In this document: positions 49,173 through 57,751 of the stretch, in pieces
Numbering within the stretch: the stretch's first letter is position 1
Layout: every line of letters begins with the position of its first letter
From: Octopus bimaculoides
Lineage: Eukaryota
Direction: 5' to 3'
DNA length: 57,751 bases
Assembly: GCF_001194135.2 (NCBI RefSeq)
Contig: NC_069007.1
Location: 5,253,539 to 5,311,289 of the forward strand
Position numbers and translations under genes: made by a program
The notes under the pieces: generated by a model
Seen by the model: only the letters and a program-made list of their open reading frames with translations
Told to the model about the DNA's origin: nothing
Databases searched by the model: none

Positions 49173-49403
49173 TAATTTTTTTTTACTTAACTGGAATATA
49201 TTATTTAAGCAGCCCCAGAAGAATGACAGGCAAAGTCTATCACAGCAATAACTGAACTTGGCATTTTGGCTTCCACACCATTGATTTATTTTACCAATCA
49301 ATCTTAGTAATATATATTCCTACCTATATTATTTACATATGGTGTTGTGTATATATGTATTAAATTATTGATATATAATTTATTAAATTATTAATGTATA
49401 CAT

Positions 49404-49443
<40 letters not shown>

Positions 49444-49471
49444 AGTTACTTTTCGTAATAAGATAAAAACT

Positions 49472-49520
49472 GGCTCTGATGAAGGGATATAATAAACATC
49501 CTGGAAACAGCTGTAAGACC
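49472..49520 (+). ncRNA. Candidate Penelope-type minimal hammerhead ribozyme
   Basis: ggct CTGATGA a [gggat ataataaac atcct] g GAAAC agct GTA agacc. Palindromic stem III (ACAGCTGT) and GUA cleavage triplet (49513-49515). Confidence 0.7.
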
Positions 49521-49567
49521 TTCTATTTATAAATGTTCTATAATGTACACATTATTATTATTTCCAT

Positions 49568-49805
49568 TTTTATTTCTTTATTGCCCACAAGGGTCTAAAC
49601 ATAGAGGGGACAAACAAGGACAGATGAAGGAATTAAGTCGATTACATCGACCCCAGTGCATAACTAGTATTTGTTTCATTGACCCCAAAAGTATGAATGG
49701 CAAAGTCGACCTCGGTGGAATTTGAACTCTGAACATAACGGCAGACGAAATACCACTAAGCATTTCACCCGGCGAGCTAACGCTTCTGCCAGCTCGCTGC
49801 CTTAA
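49568..49805 (-). mobile_element. SINE-C with alternative tail
   Basis: Reverse complement of the 45568-45778 type. Confidence 0.88.
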
Positions 49806-49835
49806 TAAAAGTACAATGAATCTCGCATGAGACGG

Positions 49836-49869
<34 letters not shown>

Positions 49870-50066
49870 GTAGTAGTAGTAGTAGTAGATATACATACAT
49901 ACATATATATACATATGTATATATACATACATACATACATACATACAAGCAAAAATATCTTGTTGCTGATGTTGAAATTGCAATGAAGGAGCCTTGAATT
50001 TAGGTTAGAAACTGGCTCTTTCACTATTGGCAAGAAATCTAGTATTAAAACTGAACAATGACATAC

Positions 50067-50148
<82 letters not shown>

Positions 50149-50589
50149 NNNNNNNNNNNNNNNNNNNNNNNNNNNNNNNNNNNNNNNNNNNNNNNNNNNN
50201 NNNNNNNNNNNNNNNNNNNNNNNNNNNNNNNNNNNNNNNNNNNNNNNNNNNNNNNNNNNNNNNNNNNNNNNNNNNNNNNNNNNNNNNNNNNNNNNNNNNN
50301 NNNNNNNNNNNNNNNNNNNNNNNNNNNNNNNNNNNNNNNNNNNNNNNNNNNNNNNNNNNNNNNNNNNNNNNNNNNNNNNNNNNNNNNNNNNNNNNNNNNN
50401 NNNNNNNNNNNNNNNNNNNNNNNNNNNNNNNNNNNNNNNNNNNNNNNNNNNNNNNNNNNNNNNNNNNNNNNNNNNNNNNNNNNNNNNNNNNNNNNNNNNN
50501 NNNNNNNNNNNNNNNNNNNNNNNNNNNNNNNNNNNNNNNNNNNNNNNNNNNNNNNNNNNNNNNNNNNNNNNNNNNNNNNNNNNNNNNNN

Positions 50590-50627
<38 letters not shown>

Positions 50628-50679
50628 TGGGCATTTTTTCTCTCCTTCCAAACCACTTGACATGAAAAAAAAAAATTAT

Positions 50680-50832
50680 AAGTTGTGTGATAAGAAGCTT
50701 GCTTCCTAACCACATGGTTCTGGGTTCAGTCCTATTGTGTGGCACCTTGGACAAGTATCTTCTACTATAGCCTTGGGGTGATCAAAGCCCTGTGAGAGGA
50801 TTTGGTAGACAGAAACTGAATGAAGCCCATCG

Positions 50833-50870
<38 letters not shown>

Positions 50871-51650
50871 ATATATATATAGCCTGCTCACCTGGCAACA
50901 GGGTGGCATCATTTAAAGGCTAAACCAATGCAAAAATGCACTGTGACCAGTAATGTGTAAGAATATCTGATAGCTCAATCAGTCATGTGATCACATGATA
51001 TATCTATATACATGTGTGTGCGTGTGTGTGTCTGTTTGTCCTCCTTCACTGCTCAACAACTAGTGCTGGTGTGTTTACATCTCTGTAACTTAGCGGTTCA
51101 GCAACAGAGACCAATACAATATGTACCAGACATAGCAAATAAATAAGTACTGGGGTCAGTTTATTCTTTTCTTTTACTTGTTTCAGTCATTTGACTGCGG
51201 CCATGCTGGAGCACCGCCTTCGGTCGAGCAAATCGACCCCAGGACTTATTCTTTGTAAGCCTAGTACTTATTCTATCGGCCTCTTTTTGCCGAACCGCTA
51301 GGTTATGGGGACGTAAACACACCAGCATCGGTTGTCAAGCGATGTTGGTGGGACAAACATATACACACACGTGCACACACATATATATATATATACATAT
51401 ATACGACAGGCTTCTTTCAGTTTCCGTCTACCAAATCCACTCACAAGGCTTTGGTCGGCCCGAGGCTATAGTAGAAGACACTTGCCCAAGGTGCCACACA
51501 GTGGGACTGAACCCAGAACCATGTGGTTGGTAAACAAGCTACTTACCACACAGTCACTCCTGCGCCTGGAGGAGTATTCAAGTAAAAAATTCTCAAAGTT
51601 GTGCTCCAGCATGGCCACAGTCTAATAACTGAAACAAGTCTAAGATAAGA
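50680..51650 (+). mobile_element. Older SINE-B (+) interrupted by a younger SINE-B (-)
   Basis: Head 50680-50830, 3' half 51010-51160, tail resumes 51575-51650. Confidence 0.7.
51166..51566 (-). mobile_element. SINE-B, near-consensus full length
   Basis: Colinear with 5521-5931. Confidence 0.92.
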
Positions 51651-51763
51651 GTATTGGGATTGATTTGTTTGATTGAAGCCTTTAAGAGGGTACCCCCTGC
51701 ACAGCTGCAGTCAAAGATGAAGGGAAAGATAAGGGGAAAATACAAAAAATTCAGTTCACTTAC

Positions 51764-51909
51764 CCAATAGTTTTATGAAAAACTGACTTTGGATGTTTCG
51801 ACAATCCTTTCTCATCATGGACAATGTAAATATCTTTTGTTCCTCCAGGTTTCGAGATCTCAACCACGTAGGAGGATATTTTGCTGTTTTGTTTTTCAGG
51901 GTTCGGTGG
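51764..51909 (-). CDS. Internal coding exon of a fibronectin type III (FN3) repeat protein, N-terminal/middle part of an FN3 domain
   Basis: Acceptor tctctttgtttcctttcag| and donor |gtaagt. 146 nt, phase 0 to phase 2, no stop: PPNPEKQNSKISSYVVEISKPGGTKDIYIVHDEKGLSKHPKSVFHKTI(G). Fits the FN3 W-x-PP...NG-I-x-x-Y-x-V pattern and joins in frame with the exon at 37701-37813. Confidence 0.85.
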
Positions 51910-52073
51910 CTGAAAGGAAACAAAGAGATTTTCAGATAATTCAATGTTTGGGCAACAAGTTATTTAGAAAATGTTTCCAAATTTTACTAAGTTTGTATAA
52001 AATGTGGGAAGATGAGAACCCAAAAGTTTCAAACATAGGTTTTCTAAGGAGTATAAAAAGGGAAAAAGAATGC

Positions 52074-52222
52074 CTGTGTGGTAAGTAGCTTGCTTACCAA
52101 TCACATGGTTCCGGGTTCATTCCCACTGCGTGGCTCCTTGGGCAAGTGTCTTCGACTATAGCCTCGGGCCAACCAAAGCTTTGTGAGTGGATTTGGTAGA
52201 CGGAAATTGAAAGAAGTCTGTC

Positions 52223-52292
<70 letters not shown>

Positions 52293-52508
52293 GTGTATGA
52301 GTTTGTGTGTCTGTGTTTGTTCCCCACAAACATCGCCTGACAACCAATGCTGGTGTGTTTATGTCTCCATAACTTAGAGGTTTGGCAAAAGAGACCGATA
52401 GAATAAGTACTAGGCTTACAAAGAATAAGTCCTGGGGTCGATTTGCTCGACTAAAGGCGGTGCTCTAGCATGGCCACAGTCACATGACTGAAACAAATAA
52501 AAGAGTAA
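52074..52508 (+). mobile_element. SINE-B, near-consensus
   Basis: Head, core, (TA)n and tail. Confidence 0.92.
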
Positions 52509-52689
52509 GTGCATCAGTACACTTATCTTCTAATTTGCTATCTCTGTTATTGATTGCAGAGTGTTCCATAGAATGTCTTGCATTTTTTTTAAACAACTGT
52601 GCGAGTTCAAACCCTACTAGGATCAGCTTTACATTTGATATTTTTCGACAGTGGATAAAGTCACTGCATCAATCAGACTATCAGTGGTT

Positions 52690-52905
52690 GTTATACACTG
52701 CTGGTCACAATGCACTTCCTTGCATTGTTATAGCTTTTGAACAATGCTACCCTGCTGGTTTCCTGCGAAGACCAAAGTTTCCCCCATTGGGATGCCAGTC
52801 CACGATTGCCCCAGGGTTGACTGGAGCAATGTGGAGTAAAATGTTTTGCTCAAGAATATAATGCCCTGCTGATCTGGTGGTTGAAGCCATGAACTTGAAA
52901 TCCTG
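52690..52905 (-). mobile_element. CORE-like SINE, old
   Basis: gactggagcaatgtggagtaaaatgttttgctcaagaa is the reverse of the SINE-F core. Confidence 0.55.
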
Positions 52906-53924
52906 AATGCATGCAAACTAAATATTTCAGTCAGTTTAGACTTGCCCCATTTCCCCATTTGGTATCTGGTACTGAAGAAAGCAAATAAAAAAAATAAAAA
53001 AATAAAATAAAATAAAATAAAATAAAAAAGCTTGAAACATATCTACCATTCCATAGGGGGCACCTTAAATTGACTTCAGTGTTTCTCACACCTTTTGCAT
53101 AAAGCGAGAATTTTCCCCAAGGCAAACTGCAGTGAAAATGGCCTTTCTATGGGTCAAATATTGTGTCCAGAAAATTTGCTGTGAGAAATTCCATCATATA
53201 AATGCAGGTGTAACTGTGTGGTAAGGAGTTAGGTTCCTAACCAAATGGTGCGGGGTTCCATTCCACTGCATGGAACTTTGGCCAAGTCTCTATTACTATA
53301 ACCTTGGGTGAGTGAATTTGGTAGACATAAACTGAAAGAAGCCCATCATGTANNNNNNNNNNNNNNNNNNNNNNNNNNNNNNNNNNNNNNNNNNNNNNNN
53401 NNNNNNNNNNNNNNNNNNNNNNNNNNNNNNNNNNNNNNNNNNNNNNNNNNNNNNNNNNNNNNNNNNNNNNNNNNNNNNNNNNNNNNNNNNNNNNNNNNNN
53501 NNNNNNNNNNNNNNNNNNNNNNNNNNNNNNNNNNNNNNNNNNNNNNNNNNNNNNNNNNNNNNNNNNNNNNNNNNNNNNNNNNNNNNNNNNNNNNNNNNNN
53601 NNNNNNNNNNNNNNNNNNNNNNNNNNNNNNNNNNNNNNNNNNNNNNNNNNNNNNNNNNNNNNNNNNNNNNNNNNNNNNNNNNNNNNNNNNNNNNNNNNNN
53701 NNNNNNNNNNNNNNNNNNNNNNNNNNNNNNNNNNNNNNNNNNNNNNNNNNNNNNNNNNNNNNNNNNNNNNNNNNNNNNNNNNNNNNNNNNNNNNNNNNNN
53801 NNNNNNNNNNNNNNNNNNNNNNNNNNNNNNNNNNNNNNNNNNNNNNNNNNNNNTATATATAGGCATAGGTGCAGATATGGCTGTGTGGTAAGAAGTTTGC
53901 TTCCCAGACAAAAAATATGTATGT

Positions 53925-54090
53925 ATAAGATGGGCTTCTTTCAGTTTCCATCTACCAAATCCACCCACAAAGCTTTGATCGGCCCAAGATTATAGTAGAA
54001 GACACTTGCCTAAGGTGCCACACAGTGAGACAGAACCTGAGACCATGTGGTTGGGAAGCAAGCTTCTTACCACTCAGCCACAGCTGTGCC
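53925..54090 (-). mobile_element. SINE-B 5' half (a short + strand head lies at 53866-53905)
   Basis: Family motifs. Confidence 0.78.
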
Positions 54091-54671
54091 AACAGCATTA
54101 TATTACCATTTTTTTAAAACACAGAACTAAAAGAATGATAAAAGGTTTTATAACAGCATTAAATTGGCAAGTCTTTCTTGAATGACAAACATTAAAAAAA
54201 CCATGATGAGGTAATTTAAAATGAAATTTCTTTTGGTGAATTTTCCTACAGTGGAAATGTTTATGGCAGAATATCCAATAACCATAAAAAAAAACTCCTA
54301 AACATATTTGAACCGATCTTAAGCTTTTTGTAATTTTACATCACTGCTTCACATATTTCCCATATATCTTGCTCCAGTCTGGTCGCCAAAGTTTGCTTCT
54401 TTAGGTCATGTGCCTTCACATAAATTGAAGAACCATTCCAGAATGGTAGAATGACAGGATTGAGTAGTGGTTGGGAATGCATCTCAGTATCTGTTCCAGT
54501 TGTCTGTGTTCTGAGTTCAAATCCCATGTGAGCTCCCTGGGTAGCTGACTTCATCCATCACCAAGTTTAACAGCACTACCTTCAGGCACCTTGGATGACT
54601 TCAGTGGAGACTACTGTGTTGCAAGCATTCAGGCTAGGTCTTTGGCATGAGGATAGCTTCCTCTCTCAGTA

Positions 54672-55080
54672 GGGCTATGTGACCTAGTGGTTAGGGTGTT
54701 GCATTCATGATTGCAAGATCAAAAGATCAAAGTTTCAATTTGTGGACTGGTCAGTCCATTGTATTTATATCATATCATTCCGCTCTACTCCTCTCAGCTG
54801 TTAACCCTTCAATGGATTGGTGTCCAATTCTGTTGGGGAAAGACCGTTGTGATGCTGGTCATTTACTTGCCATAGAAACCAGCTTAGTCTCGGGCCTTAT
54901 GAGTTCTAGGTCTCTGCGGTTTCAGTCCCTGGACTAGGCCAGTCCATTGTATTCTTGAGCTAAACACTTCATTTCACATTGCCCCAGTCCACTCAGCTGT
55001 AAATGAATCCCAGCTGGAGAAGTTAACCCCACAGTAGATTGGCATCCCATCCAGTGGGGAGTGTTGTAATCTAGGTTACT
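54672..55080 (+). mobile_element. Old CORE-like SINE fragments
   Basis: tRNA-like gtgacctagtggttagggtg and attcttgagctaaacacttcatttcacattgccccagtccactcagctg. Confidence 0.5.
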
Positions 55081-55101
55081 TACATACTCTTTTAATCAAC
55101 T

Positions 55102-55292
55102 GTTTCAGTCATTTGACTGCGGCCATGCTGGAGCACTGCCTTTAGTCGAGAAAATCGACCCCAGGACATATTCTTTGTAAGCTTAGTACTTATTCTATCG
55201 GTCTCTTTATGCCGAACCGCTAAGTTACAGGGACGTAAACACACCAATATTGGTTGTCAAGCGATGGTGGGGGGACAAACACAGACACACAA

Positions 55293-55323
<31 letters not shown>

Positions 55324-55449
55324 CATATATACAACGCGCTTCTTTCAGTTTCCGTCTACCAAATCCACTCACAAGACTTTGGTTGGCCCAAGGCTATAGT
55401 AGAAGACACTTGCTCAAGGTGCCACGCAGTGGGAATGAACCCGGAAACC
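55102..55449 (-). mobile_element. SINE-B, 5'-truncated
   Basis: Near-consensus body. Confidence 0.88.
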
Positions 55450-55805
55450 TTCCCCCTTCTCTTCCACCAGTCATGGAAGCTCTGTAAAGGGCTAGGGGCT
55501 AGGGTTACTGCCCTTCCCTCCTGACTAAGCTATAATAAGAATTTAAAAAATGAAAACAGGTCCTTTGGGGTACAGTTAACAGTGGTAGGCTCCTTCCCTT
55601 CGATATCAGATCTTCTGATATATTGGTTGGTGCAAACATCTTGGTTACATCGATATGAAAGAAAAAAAAATATGGGAATTTTGACTGGTGTTTCTAGCAT
55701 GTTAAATACTCATGCAGATACTTCCCTCCCTGATGTCATGGTGATGAATGACTGGAATTTACAGCAACATGCTACATTGTGCAGTGGACCTGTTTAACTG
55801 ATGGC

Positions 55806-56562
55806 AAGAAGAAGAAGAAGAAGGAGAAGGAGAAGAAGAAGAAGATGAAGGAGAAGAAGAAGAAGGAGAAGAAGAAGAATAAGAAGAAGGAGAAGGAGAA
55901 GAAAAAGAAGAAGAAGAAGGAGAAGGAGAAGAGGAAGAAGAAGAAGATGAAGGAGAAGAAGAAGAAGGAGAAGAAGAAGAAGAAGAAGAAGGAGAAGAAG
56001 AAGAATAAGAAGGAGAAGGAGAAGAGGAAGAAGAAGATGAAGGAGAAGAAGAAGGAGAAGAAAAAAGAAGAAAATGATGAAGAAGGAGAAGGAGAAGAAG
56101 AAGAAGAAGAAAAAGAAAAAAACAAGAAGGGGAGGAGGAGGAGAAGAAAAGACAGAGAAGGAGGCGGAGGNNNNNNNNNNGGAGGGAAGACAGAGGAGGA
56201 GAAGAAGAAAAGGCAGAGAAGGAGATGGAGGAGGAGGAGGAGGGAAGACAGAGGAGGGAAAGGAGGAGGAGGAGGAGGGAAGACAGAGGAGGGAAAGGAG
56301 GAGAAGGAGGAGGAGAAGAAGAAGTAAAATAAAAAGAAGAGGAAGAAGAAAAAGAAAAACAAGAAGGGGAGGGGGAGGAGAAGAAGAAAAGGCAGAGAAG
56401 GAGGAGGAGGAGGAGGCGGAGGAGGGAAGACAGAGGAGGAGAAGAAGAAAAGGCAGAGAAGGAGATGGAGGAGGAGGAGGAGGGAAGACAGAGGAGGGAA
56501 AGGAGGAGGAGGAGGAGGGAAGACAGAGGAGGGAAAGGAGGAGAAGGAGGAGAAGAAGAAGA
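55806..56562. repeat. Polypurine (GAA/GGA) tract with an approximately 245-bp internal duplication
   Basis: Block 56103-56324 recurs at about 56344-56562. Confidence 0.88.
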
Positions 56563-56743
56563 AGTTGACTGTAGTGATGGTGATGATGCTGATGAAAACT
56601 ATGATTGCAAAGATGATGACAATATTATTGCTCATGATGACGATCAAGGTGATGACGAGGATGATGATGACATCATCAATACTGATAATGATGACTGTTA
56701 TGGTAAAAACGATGACAGTGATGATATTGATGAGGAGGAGGAA

Positions 56744-56776
<33 letters not shown>

Positions 56777-57200
56777 AACCTTGATGGCGATGACAAAAGC
56801 AATGACAACGGTGATGATTGATGATGAAACAAAGATGTTGAAGTCGTGATGACAGCAATGATGATTGATGATGATCATGATGACAATGATAATGATGATG
56901 ATGGTGATGATGACAAAGTTGATGGTAGTGATGACCACAGCGATGATTGTCAATGATGACGATGACAATGGTGATGATGACAAAGATGATGGTAGTGATG
57001 ACAGCAATGACGAATGATGATGACAACGATGGTGATGAAGGACAAAGATGTTGGTAGTTATGACGACAACAATGATTGATAATAATGACTACGATGATGA
57101 TGACACCAAAAGTGATGAACATGACAACAGTGATGACAACAACAACGCTTGATGATGATGGCGATGACGATGACGACGGCAACATATTCGATGATAATGA
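56563..57200. repeat. Degenerate (GAT/GAC)n tract
   Basis: Direct inspection. Confidence 0.88.
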
Positions 57201-57477
57201 TAAAAACGAAACCCATTTAGCAATCAGACAAATTCAATTTCAATTTGTTTCAACATCAGTAGAGATGAGTAAGTTGATAGGAAGTGCTAAAATGTATCGG
57301 AACTGCCAAGAATTATATTGCCACAGGAGCAAAAATGGTTTAGAGTTTCAATGTAGAATGGTAATGCAAAACTTATGTGCTTTTATCCTCCTTTGTTACT
57401 TTGCGACACTTTTCTATTGCCATGCAGGAGCATCGCTTCCAAAGGTCTTCGGCTGGGTTGTGTCTATGTTAACGCTT

Positions 57478-57751
57478 GTGGAGGCACAATGGCCCAGTGG
57501 TTAGGGCTGCGGACTCACGGTCATAGGATTGCGATTTCGATTCCCAGACCGGGCGTTGTGAGTGTTTATTGAGCGAAAACACCTAAAGATCCACGAGGCT
57601 CCGGCAGGGAATGGTGGCGAACCCTGCTGTACTCTTTCACCACAACTTTCTCTCACTCTTTACTTCCTGTTTCTGTTGTGCCTGTAATTCAAAGGGTCAG
57701 CCTTGTCACACTGTGTCATGCTGAATATCCCCGAGAACTACGTTAAGGGTA
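57478..57751 (+). mobile_element. SINE-A, cut by window end
   Basis: Head and body match 16970-17240. Confidence 0.92.

Noticed and set aside
51756-51944. Track ORF MNYLKISLFPFSHRTLK... overlapping the real exon
   Set aside because: Alternative frame. Only the PPNPEKQN frame gives FN3 motifs and the correct phase with the next exon.
52860-52971. Strong minus-strand acceptor (...ctttcttcag) as the preceding FN3 exon
   Set aside because: Two frames stop quickly, the third runs into a SINE remnant, and no phase-0 donor follows a Trp-containing strand.
55779-56327. 182-aa Lys/Glu-rich ORF and the 411-aa opposite-strand ORF
   Set aside because: Products of the (GAA/GGA)n tract; they span a gap and have no non-repetitive coding part.
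57350-57477. Signal-peptide-like segment in ORF 57076-57504
   Set aside because: Overlaps a degenerate SINE-B tail motif (gccatgcaggagcatcgc) and runs into SINE-A.
326-57572. Most ORFs in the supplied track (poly-I/Y, C/V, H/T, N, L, K/E and X-filled frames)
   Set aside because: They are translations of di- and trinucleotide repeats, SINE bodies or N-gaps, with no domain signal or splice support.
1481-57751. tRNA-like sequences at SINE heads as tRNA genes
   Set aside because: They continue into family-specific bodies and tails, with TSDs, and lack complete cloverleaves.

Overview
AT-rich, repeat-saturated eukaryotic genomic DNA with 18 N-gaps. The tRNA-derived SINE families match my recollection of octopod (Octopus-type) repeats; this is an inference and no database search was run. 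Almost all ORFs in the supplied track are microsatellite or gap artefacts. The real coding signal is missed by the track: two minus-strand exons (51909-51764 and 37813-37701) with strong GT-AG sites splice in frame across a 13,950-bp intron and encode most of a fibronectin type III domain, so much of the window is probably intronic. The rest is SINEs (local labels A, B, C, F), RTE LINE 3' ends, R4/Dong-like LINE 3' ends inserted in (AAT)n, an unclassified (AAT)n-targeted element (D), a mariner relic and several MITEs. The most interesting non-coding signals are: two Penelope-type minimal hammerhead ribozyme motifs plus a decayed third; a CCA-containing tRNA-Trp complement that extends past the normal 18-nt primer-binding site; a 305-bp foldback MITE; inverted SINE-B copies bracketing the FN3 exon; and an (ATT/AAT)n insertion hub shared by several retroelement families. 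I found no CRISPR array, rRNA or intact tRNA gene.
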